This document shows, piece by piece, positions 39,983 through 51,073 of a DNA stretch of 64,000 bases. Each line of letters begins with the position of its first letter. Within the stretch, counting starts at the first letter, position 1. The stretch is taken from positions 27,032,001 through 27,096,000 of the forward strand of contig CM060733.1 in assembly GCA_030704615.1 (NCBI GenBank). Direction: 5' to 3'. The notes under the pieces are model-generated. The model saw only the letters and a list, made by a program, of their open reading frames with translations, did no database searches and was not told the origin of the DNA. The DNA is from Takakia lepidozioides. Its lineage: Eukaryota; Plantae; Bryophyta. The translations under genes and the position numbers were made by a program.

Positions 39983-40317
39983 CCCCTAAGCGACCCAACT
40001 TGGGTCGGTTGGGTTTAGAAAACAGGTTTAGAAAACAGGCTGGTTATCCCTGAGGTTAAGCCTGATGTGGGCCCACATAGGCTCATGCGATTGGAAATCA
40101 AGGCAGGTATGACGTGGCATTTCCCAATTGGTCATATGACCTGACAATTGTCACGTGGAGAGCGCGGAGTCCACACTAGACCCGCGGAGTCCACACTACA
40201 CCCTAAACCCTGCACGTGTTTTACAGGGCCTTAGTAAATCTCAAGATATAAATGTTTTAGAGGGCCAGGGTCCAGTTTTTGAGGTCTTGGCAAAAATTGG
40301 CCCTTGTCCTTTAGGGG
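39983..40317. mobile_element. piggyBac-like MITE (~335 bp) with TTAA duplication
   Basis: TTAA|CCCCTAA ... TTAGGGG|TTAA. Confidence 0.55.
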
Positions 40318-40746
40318 TTAAAGAGTTTACAATATATAAAAGTGTCATCATTTATTTTATCCTACATGCGAAAGCTCCAAGTGGAGAGTTTCACAGTTTC
40401 TCCTCCCAAAAACCCAATGATGGAGAACCTCCCCAGATCTCTCGCCCAGTTCCAAAACCTCCAGGCGGAGATGTTCTGAATTTCTCCAAAATCTAGGGTG
40501 GAGAGTTTCTCTACTTCTCCAAATTCATGGATAGAGAACCTCCCATATCTCTCCACCTCGGGATATTGAAGAATAATCCACATTCTCCACCTGGAGATGG
40601 AAGAATTTCAGATTCTCTCAGTGTAAATCTCCTGGAGATTTATGTGGATTTCTGTTCACAATCTCCGGGTGGAGAAACTTCAAAACCTCCTTGTTAGTCT
40701 TCCCTCCAAGTTGAGAACATTGAAGAAAGCTACTCTGTCGTGTTCT

Positions 40747-43700
40747 TCAAGTTTGTAATCTCTTTGCAATTTTCAAGAGCAACCCCTTTTTCACGTGGTC
40801 GACGGTAAGTTCCTCATTGGGGTCAACAAGTGACCATTGTAAGCGTCTAACCAGTTGATCCAGAAACACCAACATCTCCAGCCTCGCAAACTCAGCGCCA
40901 GGGCAGCTGTGTAGACCTCCTCCAAATGGTACAAACGTGTACTGAGGAGGTCCAATACCTTGGAATCGAGATGGGTCGAATTTGTGTGGTTCAGGAAAGT
41001 ACTCTGGGACCATGTTGGAGCGGAATGATGAATTCATCACCTGTGATATCACATAGGACACAACATACTGGAAGTAAGATCTAGACCTAGCTTCAGAAAT
41101 CAAGTTTTCTTCAATGGAGAACTGTAAATCTATGAGTTTTTTAGGCCTAGTTCTCAGAAAGTGTGAGCTGATCATGCGAGATACAGTGATATCCGACAAT
41201 GCTGATTGCTTTGGACGAGTTATTGACCACTTGAACATGATGAGTTTAGGTGGTTTTGATCGATGAAGCCCAATGCTTGGATTAGTGCCCAATATTGAAT
41301 AAGGACAAAGAGAGAATTAGATGAGCTACTGGGTGGATCTTAGCAGGATGTACCTTCCACCCCTTGGGAATTGTAAAGCCTTCGAATTCAAAATCGGTAA
41401 TAGCCTCCCGAAAGGCTAATGGCACCACTGGTACTATGCGCATACTTTCTTGGATTACGCGCCATGTGTACTCCATGTGCTTCGTATTCGTCCAGTTCAT
41501 TCCTACTCCAGGTTCCCTCTCTGCAGCAATCTGTCTTAGCTCTGCAAACTTGTACAAAAAAATCAGCAAGCACTTCTATTGGAAGAAGAAGAAGACGAAG
41601 GTAAGTGAACTCCTGCTGAAATAAGCGGAAGCCGAGTGCAATGCGAAGAGATAATTTAATAGCTAGAATAAGAAGTTGTTTCACTTATTTTTTGTTATAT
41701 TATGATAATTTGCTGGTATACTAAAGACATCATATTGGGTTTACACATGTCTAGTGTAAACCTTCATGATTATGTATTAAGATTAAGCTTGGCTGGTAAG
41801 CACTTTCGAAGCGTCTTCTATGGTTTGGAGGTGAGCAAGTATACTTTATTATCATCTTTCTAGTCTGCTGGTCAATTTGCTTGTAGTGAATTATTGAAAC
41901 AACTTCATCTTTGAGGTGTGTACAATCTACCACTTGATGGCCGGGCACGTTGGCATCAACCTCACACGCTATGCACATATTTCATGGGAAGCACCCTCAC
42001 CCATGCCAATTCTCATATCAATGATGTCATAGGAAACGTACTACAATGTGGCATGAGATGAAGGCTACCTTTCAGAATCTCGTTCACGCAGGTCGGATTT
42101 TCAGCCAAGAGGCGCACCGTCGTGGAAAGGGCGGAGGCCGTGGTTTCGTGACCAGCAAACAGGAGAACAACAATGTTGTCTTGGATGGCTGCCTCGGAGA
42201 GGAACTGTTCATTCTCGTCCGGCGTCGTCAGGAGCACCGACAGAAGGTCTTGACGCGGCGATGCGCGTTTGTCTTTGAGTTCCTGCCACGGTCCAGATCT
42301 TGCATGGTCATAACAATGCTTGACCAATCCCTGATCTGTTGAAAAGAAAGAAAGACGGCAACTGTCTTCGAGGAGGTGTAAATGCATCTGCCTCATAAAA
42401 AACGGTCATTCAGCTACGAGCTTGAATTGCAGTATGTAGCAAGTGTAATAGCACCTAGTAAATTAGATGGTAGATCCCGCTTTTAGTTGTACAAGAGGTT
42501 CTCTTGTTACCTGGCGCCTTCTTGTCATGATGGCAACGAGGCAGCTCTGGATGGTCTGACGTGCCCGTTTAGCTTTCCAGAAAGTAGTGCCCGGGATATC
42601 GAAGGGAAGGCTCATGAGGCCTTCCACCATAGCGTTGAATGCATCGAAAAGTCTGTCGAGTTCAGGGCCCTCCTTTAAGCTCAAGAACAGGTCGCATGAC
42701 AAAACAAATGCAAATAGTTTGAGGCACGTAGATCCTGTCACTTGGTCTTGATTCTCCCAGTGCTTGGATATGTGGGCCGCTGCCAATACCTCCATTCTTG
42801 GCACAAGACTCTGGAGCGATTCAGGACTGAAGAAAGTCATGACGATTCGGCGGATGCGTCTGTGCAATCTCCCCATAGTGGAGATTAGTTCAAAGCAGCA
42901 GCATTGTGCAGTCACTTGGGCGAACTTTTAGGAATTCTTATCGTGCGTCAAATTGTCTCACAATAGCAAGGTCGAGCACGTGCACATTGTTTGGATGGCA
43001 AGCTTATTGTGTATGAAGTTGCTGCATGCCAATCTACAAATTGTATTTTTGAATCTTAAGTAGAGCAGTGATCATCATACCACATGCCATGGTCATGTAC
43101 ACAGACATGCTGCAAATACTGCTTTAGACCTTTCTGGAAACTTGGTGAAGTTCTACGGTTGAACATTTGTTTGAAATAGGTACCAGTTCAAAGGAAGTCT
43201 GTAAGCAAATCGGTCACTTGTTTTGGCAAGTTTCTTCATTGACAAGTTTGTCCATTTCAGAAGACAATCATTCTTAAGGGGTATTATTTACCTGTGAGAG
43301 TTGGGGGTCGCGTTGAAAAAATTGGCTTCCCTTCCGAGAAGATTGACAATTGCGTCGGGCCAGCAATCTCGAACCAGTTTGTTCTCATTGGTAAACACGA
43401 ACTTGTTTCCAGCAGGCGCGGGCAAGCATACAGTCTGTGTTAGCAACAACGATGTTTTTAACACCCTTCCATATTTCTCCTCCCGAGTCTGCGACCAGAT
43501 CAAATTATGAGATCATTTGGCAGACAGCTCTGAAATCGACTAGATCTTGCGACTCAGAAATTGACCTATTGTGTCAACACTGTATTTCACTTATGCTACG
43601 TGGATGATCGATAATTGGATTAACAAATGCCACGGACTCAAACTAAATATAATAGCTCAGCTGCTCGTGGCAAGTTTTCCTTCCACATTTGTTATTAATC

Positions 43701-44270
43701 GCAACAGCACGCTGAGGCGGTATCCCACAACTGATGTCGACATGCAAGAGAACGGAAGTGTGTGATTCAATTACTCCAGAATCGCTTCGTCTGTTCAACA
43801 CTCCACCCAACTCTATGGGAATCATACTCACTACGTGTTCCAGCACCGGAATAGTTACCCGTCTCACCGCCGGGTGTCTTCATGTTCCCTTCATGACGTA
43901 CAAGGTTTCCAATAACATTGCTCAGGTGCATACAACAAGACCTCTTTCATTCGAGTACACGTATGTCTAGTCGAAGCATCTAAAATAGCGTCCTTGGCAT
44001 TACCTGAAAGAAATCTCCGAGTCTGTTGATGCGCATCGCTGAGAAGAAGCTAACTGTCTCCCCAATAACTGGAAGCCCAAATCGACCCGGTGGAAGTGGG
44101 GGCCGGCCTCTGAGCCGATTCTTCTCCGATTGCAAGGGAATAATCCGGAAAACCAGCCACAACACCAGAGTGCCAAACAGCAGTGCAAAGAGTGAACCCA
44201 AAGTGTCCCCATTTCTGATCATTCCCGTATACACTTGCCACAGTCTGTCGATCTCAACCACTTTTGTCAT
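40747..44270 (-). CDS. Cytochrome P450, CYP85 clan (CYP716/CYP725-like), 6 exons: 44270-44004, 43488-43292, 42859-42511, 42282-42069, 41541-41354, 41040-40747; ~502 aa
   Basis: N-terminal TM anchor, LPPGRFGLPVIGET, I-helix AGHETT, K-helix ESMR, FDPSRF and heme motif FGGGLHSCPG. All five introns are GT-AG with consistent phases. The spliced length is 1509 nt and open. Confidence 0.95.
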
Positions 44271-45109
44271 ACCTACCCACGGAGCCCTCCAGTCTAGAAT
44301 CTAGACTCAACACTTCAGGCCCCGGCAGCTTTGGGTCTCAGTCTCTTCGCTTGAACTCGTAATATTACCGTCTACCCGAAAAGGAGCGCCAAATCACCAG
44401 CCGGCTTGCTTGCATGCTCATTTTAGGAGCCCAGAATGCGGGCTTTGCACATTTTGCAGATGCGAGGAACTCGTGCCTGGGTCTGGCGTTGCCTTTACAT
44501 GTTCCGTGCAGGGGCGGCTGAGCCTACTGTCTCTCATGTTTGTGAAGATGTTCCATCCACTCTATTTCTTACGTCATGCATGCATCTGTGAACATACCCT
44601 ACCTACTAGCCGGTGCCCATGTGGCAGTTCTGCGCTTCAACTGACATTGGCTTCAGAAATACAGTGGATGAAAACATCTTCACTTGAGGAGCCATCCAAA
44701 CCTGACCTCACTCTTGTAACCTCACTCCGCAAAGTCGCCTGTAATAAGTATGTTTAGGGAAAAGTACTGTTCCTTCCCAGTAAGTTACCCAACGAGTTTT
44801 TAATTGTACCCAGCGCCCCCCCCCACATGGCGAAATTGAGCTGTTACCATCAATAATGCTGGGAGGGACTAACTTAATAAGGATCACTTGAGATGGTTTC
44901 CAATAATTCTGTCAGATACCATCGCTGTCTGGCACCATCACTCAATTATGTACCAGCTCATAATAGTCCACTTTATGGCTCACTCTCCCTAATGGTTTAT
45001 CCTCCAAATTTATTTTTTTAGAGGGCCCTAGGACCTCCCATAGGAATTCACCAGGGCACCTTGGGCTTCAAGGTGTGAGACCTGCACCATCTGTCTGTCC
45101 CCAACCATT

Positions 45110-45850
45110 TCGCTTCGCCAACCTTGAGATTCATCCGTAAGCTAGAAGAGTCCAGAAAGTGGCTAAAAAATTAGCTTCCTCATTTGCTCAAGATAGGAAC
45201 AGCAGAGAGAAGACATGACCTCTCAAATGTCTTGCTCAATGCCAAAAGGTTATTGAATTGAATATGCTGGGCCCTCAAACCATGGCTTCTTTTGCTCTGG
45301 CAAAACGCAACTTGACAGAATTGGTTAAGGCCAGGGAGGATGTATTATCTGCGTAGAAAGGCTGGAATAAACTGGTCGTTGAAAGGGGACAAGATGACCC
45401 GATACTTCTTCCTTAAAGCTAAGCAAAGGCGTGCAGCAACCACGATTAGTGCTCTCACTAATCATTAGGGAGTCATGCTCACTGATCCCAAGGAAATGAC
45501 ATCATTTGCTGCTTCTTATTTCTCCACCCTTTTCAACAAATGTGCTTAGATGACCCGCTGCAAACCTCTTCTAAGAATTCGATTCTTGCCAGTTTCCCCT
45601 CCATCATTACTCGTGATGATCTCCTCAGCCTTTCTGCTCATTTCTCTGCCATGGAGCTGGAGGACGCTCTGAATAAGCTTAGTTCTTTTAAGTCACCGGG
45701 TCTGGATGGCCTTCCGGTGGAGTTCTACAAAGCGATTTGGATGGAAATGAGTGATGATTTTATAGCTATGACAAACATCCTGAAAAAATAAATTATGCCT
45801 TCCCAACTTTCCCAGGGTGTCATAACCCTTATCTTCAAAAAAGGTACAGT
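45110..45850 (+). mobile_element. L1-like LINE ORF2 fragment between the P450 and MTPSL genes
   Basis: KGDKMTRYFF, LTDPKEM..YFSTLF, KSPGLDGLPVEFYK and GVITLIFKKG, with stops and frameshifts. Confidence 0.85.
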
Positions 45851-46252
45851 CTAACCTCTTTAATATGACTCTCCATAATGTGACAACAAATTTTGTGTTC
45901 ACCAAACTTTGTAAGCAAACTTAGCTCAGATCTCCCCCTATTATATGACTATGACTCTCTTTATTATGACACTCCAACACTTACTTTGTCATATTAAGGA
46001 GGTTTATACTATTTTAATGATGGTGGGACCCACCAACCTTTGGGCCGGGGAACATTGGGAACATACATAAGGAAATGGGAACAATTTTTTTTGGGTGTTC
46101 TCTTATCCCTTTACCGTTTTGGGCTGAAAAGCTGGGTGCAAAAAGCAAGGTATATAAAACACTTCTGTTCTGCTTTCTTGATAGATTATCATCATTTAGG
46201 CTCAGGCATCCTGTACCCTCCTTAGTGGCGCTCTATGAATGGTGAGGCCGGA

Positions 46253-46430
46253 CACGTGGCAGTCATCCCACATGGGCTTCTGGAGCCTATTTAGGGGCGC
46301 GCTGCTGGAAGGAGGAAGCGCGTGAAAAGCATGGAAGTGTACCAGTGGGCCCTCTGTTGGGCCCGACAGGGTAGCGAAGAGATATATAGGTAATGCTCTG
46401 CGAGACAAGCTCAACTGTGTTGGGCCTTCA
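46253..46430 (+). promoter_or_regulatory. Putative MTPSL core promoter (G-box, TGGGCC site-II motifs, TATA)
   Basis: CACGTG at 46253, TGGGCC at ~46346, 46358 and 46421, TATATA at ~46383. Confidence 0.35.
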
Positions 46431-46766
46431 CATACCTAACTAAGTCTCAATGCAGGAAATATAGAACCTCAGTAGTTGTCGTGATCAAGGGCGATCAGAG
46501 GAGAAATACCTACAGATCCGCTTTCCGGCTCTAATCGAGAGCTCCGCGGATGGGAATTGTGAAGGTACTCAGCCGATAGTCAGGTTTTGGGCAGCTGACG
46601 AGGTCACGAGACCGCAGCTGAACGCGGAGGGAGTTGGAGTTGCAACGTTGCTTATACTGTGATATTTGTCATCACGTTAAGGCTGCCACCCTCTTCATAA
46701 CTCGGCTGCCCGCGCGCTTTCTAGTGGGCCACTAGCTCTAGTACTAGCTGCCGGGAGGACTGCAGA

Positions 46767-47870
46767 ATGGTTCCCCAGCTTCAGAGCTCGTCTGAACACC
46801 TATCCCCTGTCAAGAATCCCACGAACGATGAGATGGAGCTTCCGCCTCTCGTCCCTTCCATGGTCATCAGAGGCCTCCCACCTCGGCAACAGAGCATGTT
46901 TGTAACTGAAGCCAAGGAACGCCTGATGAAAATTGCGGAGCACTGGCAGATCAACTCGTTTGAATCCTATTGTCGTCTGTCCATCTCGTGTGTCAGCTTT
47001 TTGTACAGCGGAGCCGTCAGTTGTGATCGTTTGGTAGCCATCTCTACTGCATACACCGTCATGTTCATCCTGGATGATCTTTTGTTTGATTCCCCAAACG
47101 ACTTGCTCCTCGAGGAGTATGGCATCGATCGCGGCATCCGTGAGAGCCCTCACAAAATCGGAGAGTTCCTCAACAACTTGAACCTCCTCTTCCGGCAACA
47201 AGAGCCTCCGCGCGATCCCACCCCGATCGAGGGGATGATGTGGGACTTGGGTCAGGACATGAGACGCTTGTCCAACCCGGAATGGTTCAATACATTTACA
47301 GACGCTGTTATCGGGCACCACAGAGTGGGCGTTGCCAGCCTTGCAGACGCTGCAGGCAACCGCTTATATTTGCAAGACTTGGAATCTTTCACCCAAATAC
47401 GCGCCTGGAACTTTGGAAGCTTGTTTGTTGTAAATTTCGTGGAGTTTGGCAAGAACGCCTTTCTTCCAGACGAGGTGCGCGCGCAACCCGTCATCCAACA
47501 GCTGACCAACGCCGCCGGCATTCAGGCCGCTTTCGCCAACGACATTTTCTCCTACCCCAAGGAGGTGGCGCAGGAAGACAATCCGCTCAATTTAATCATG
47601 GTGTTGATGCAATCTGAAGGCACAACGCTACCGCAAGCTGCGTGGAGAGCCGTGGATTTGGCAAACTCGTACGCTCGCGTCGTCCTGGAGCTGGAGACGC
47701 AGTTGGCCGTGTGTGAGGCGGAACCTTGGGCCCATGTTGTGCGCCGCTATGTGGAAGGTTTGAAGGAGCTCATGTCTGGCAACATTCACTGGAGCAGCCT
47801 GCACAAGCGCTACCGGCATCCCGACTCAGTTTTCCCAGAGCTCAGAGCCATCACCAATGTCCAACCATGA
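46767..47870 (+). CDS. Microbial terpene synthase-like protein (MTPSL; class I, alpha-domain only), 367 aa, intronless CDS
   Basis: DDLLFD (DDxxxD), pyrophosphate-sensor Arg in QIRAWNFG, NDIFSYPKE (NSE/DTE triad) and WSSLHKRY (WxxxxxRY). It has no plant-type N-terminal beta domain. Confidence 0.95.
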   Translation: MVPQLQSSSEHLSPVKNPTNDEMELPPLVPSMVIRGLPPRQQSMFVTEAKERLMKIAEHWQINSFESYCRLSISCVSFLYSGAVSCDRLVAISTAYTVMFILDDLLFDSPNDLLLEEYGIDRGIRESPHKIGEFLNNLNLLFRQQEPPRDPTPIEGMMWDLGQDMRRLSNPEWFNTFTDAVIGHHRVGVASLADAAGNRLYLQDLESFTQIRAWNFGSLFVVNFVEFGKNAFLPDEVRAQPVIQQLTNAAGIQAAFANDIFSYPKEVAQEDNPLNLIMVLMQSEGTTLPQAAWRAVDLANSYARVVLELETQLAVCEAEPWAHVVRRYVEGLKELMSGNIHWSSLHKRYRHPDSVFPELRAITNVQP

Positions 47871-50800
47871 GTCCCAACACTTCCAATGTCGAACATGTCG
47901 GCATGTTATAAAATATGTTCCTCATATATACATGTCCGCAAGCTTGATCTGCATACCTACGAGGACTTTCAAGATATATTTTCATGTCGTCTGAATTGCA
48001 AAACCTGTGTTGGGCCTTCACTGAAATATTGCACTTTCTTAGCCAATATAGTCATCTTTTGCTTATAACATCAGCTGCCGTTTATTGCACAGTACAATTG
48101 GTTTTGGTTCATGAGCAATTAATCTTCATTATTCTAGATCAGATCCACTAACTTCCCATGCAAGCTGCTTCAGAAAGGGGTTTGCCCTTTGATCACCTTC
48201 GTCATACTGGGACCTTTGCAGTCATCACTTGCTTACTTCAGCTGCCATGGTAGTGAAATGTCATCGTGAGTGATTGACTACTATTGACTAGTCTTCAGTT
48301 TATAGATCTTTCTGTTGATCTGCAGCTTCCTCGCTCTAGAGCATGTATTGCATGTCAAATGGATTCACCCCTTCGAGACCCCTTCATTATAAGTTACACT
48401 GCTTCCACCAGGTCATGGACCTCAGACGCGCTGCTCCTGATCTCCAAGTTGTGCAAAATATGAAGAGTACTGAAGGGTACTGACAGATGTGTCGGCATTG
48501 CAGCATACAAAGCCACGCACTTCAGTTGAAGTTCTGAAGACTACAAACAAATCAAATCTAAAAATCATGCAGCATTGTATGTACGGATTTCATATCGTTA
48601 TAGAAATATAATGTAAACAAACAATGCTACAAGTAACAACAACTTTCATGTTTTTCAAGCTTTTCGTTCGTTGCCATAGCTTTCTCGCTTTTTGGCCGAT
48701 GAAGGTCGGAAAGTGGTGTTCGAAAGCCTCAATCTGGGCCTCAATCAAGATCTCTGCAGCTCTTCAAAGGGACCTGCATCCAGAAAGTTATCAAGATAAC
48801 GAGTGCCACTTCCCTCGCTTATCACCTGTCGACACTACCATGAGAGGTGCGGTGCAGCTGGTCTCTTGCGAAAAGACATGTGGGAGAGTGCAAAATATTT
48901 AGGCCACGCTTTGACTCTTGATGGGCCTGTAATTAGAGATTCCATAATTGGTTCCTTTATACCGACTTTTTCCTTGCTATAGGCACCAGTTGAGGGAATC
49001 TACATCCAACACAAGAAATCTTTAGCCCTTGCAAGCAAGGTACATCTTAGCATATAAATCTTCATCCGTATGATTATAATATGTATACCTCCGGATATAC
49101 GTCCTGGTTCGGGCTTGGTTCTGGCCTTGGTCTGGGTGGTCATCTTCTTCATCGCGGTGGCAGGAGTTTTAGTATTCGTGATATTTCTGGGGAGCCTTAC
49201 AGGCTGGGATCCCCAGCAGCGGTTCCGGTGCTGCGTAATCCATTTCAGCCGCAGGATCAAGTTACCACATGATCTACTTACCATCCACGCCGTGCAATTC
49301 TGAGGAATGATCTACCATCAATTAAATTCCATCTTTAACGAATTTTGTCGACCTAGACATCTGATCTGGCTCAAACTGGAAGCTATAAAAATGATTCTGA
49401 ACCTGCAGACTCTCCAACTGATGGGGATAATATCTGGTCTTGCAGTTTGTCTTCCTATGACAGTGTCTTGGTGATCCCTACGGATTCCCCTTTCTTTTTG
49501 TGCCCTCTCATTCATTAAGAGAAACTATGACCGAATTTTGTTCAAGACTTGGTATGCTTCTTCATAGACTTTGAAACCAACTCCTATGATCATATGACCA
49601 TATTATGGTCATAGTTATTGCTAAAACGGAAAATTCGACATCATGTAGGAATCAGTGGCATATGCCCCTCACGCGATAAGATAAAAAACTTTGAAAACCC
49701 ATCAACTCTCTCTCTTCGGAGAGAGTTCGAGTCCCAGATAATAACCGCATCATGCCGTATAATAAACCCTGTAAACCTAATCCATTTTAGGTGTGGTTTC
49801 CTTAGTCTCACATTCCTCAGTCTTTCAATTCCTACGGGCTCAAATAGCCCTTCGTAGTTCAGGTCTATTTGAGTTTTCTTTTCTTCTTCTCTGCACACCG
49901 TTTGTCTCCAACTAATTCTTGGCCCAATTGCAAAAGCTCCTATACTTTAGGCAGATTATCACATAGTGCCAAGTAGAGCCTATAGTGGCTCTTGCCACAT
50001 TCCTGTCACACGCTTAGTGCTCACAATACCTTTCTTCATTCCACTCATGTATAATTACACGATAGCAACTCACGCCAAACATCGGCTCGAGTCCCAGCAA
50101 TCTAAAACTCCCTGGACAGATGCAGTATGAATTCAAAACGATGGCACATGATACTGGAACATATCCAGTCCTCCCAGCCTCCACACCATGCACGATTCTC
50201 CCCCATTCCAGCTCTGTTCTTCAATCTCACGGCACTTTCTCGATGCCTTTTTCTCTATCCCTGTTCACAGCTCATATCTACGACTTTTCACGCCAGGGAG
50301 AGAGAGAGAAGAGAGAAATCCCTAATCTTTTCTATATCACATCCTATTCACATGTAGCCATGATCACATAGAGCCTGTCACCTCCTGCTTCATCACATGA
50401 CAACCCCATTCTTCTCGCCAGACAGTTGTTGAACCGAGATGAACGCTTCAACGCCCCGCCAAAACTGTCACAGGTTCGAATTCACAGGGACGTTATACTT
50501 AGTATTCTGCTTTAAATCCCTATCACTCTCTACATGTTCTCTCCCTAACCGATGACTGACTGTTCTGATTGCTGGTCAGGTGTGTATTGTACTTTGCAGA
50601 TGTCGCATTTCTAGAGTCTCCCAATTAATCTTTTATATCCATGACATTCTTGAGAAAGTAACTGAAGTATACTGGATTATGAAGCGCAATGAGTGAAAAT
50701 CGTCATGTTGAGTGTACAAGGGGATTGAGCAGCAGCGACATCTAACAATGGGAAACAAATCCAGTATGGTAATAAAAAGGATGAATCTGGAAGCCATGTC

Positions 50801-50889
50801 AATCTTCGCAAACCTGACTTATTCATGTCGGCCTGTCACAGCTTTTTGGTGGTTCTGTGAAGAATTTGTCATCGGGGCATGATATTCCT

Positions 50890-51073
50890 TCTGAAGAGGA
50901 GATATTAGTGTGCTGCTGGTTGCTCGCTGGTTGGGGACCCTGGAACCAGCAAGTCGCAGTTGCTCCAATAGGTGCAAAAAATAGCGGCCCGTGGTATCTA
51001 CACGAGTGGGCGGGGAAGCTCAGCTGTTAGGTTGACAGCATATGTGACGAGGACCCAGAAACTTGAGAGACTG
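50890..51073 (+). pseudogene. MCM4: MCM4 AAA+ exon fragment
   Basis: [47 protein letters not shown]..DPET, with a stop and indels, followed by a GT donor. Confidence 0.8.

Noticed and set aside
46800-47321. Antisense ORFs overlapping MTPSL (and similar ones over BAHD, P450 and gag)
   Set aside because: Shadow ORFs with no recognisable motifs.
49070-49303. Small hydrophobic ORF downstream of MTPSL as a cluster member or transporter
   Set aside because: It has a single hydrophobic stretch, no family signature and no other support.
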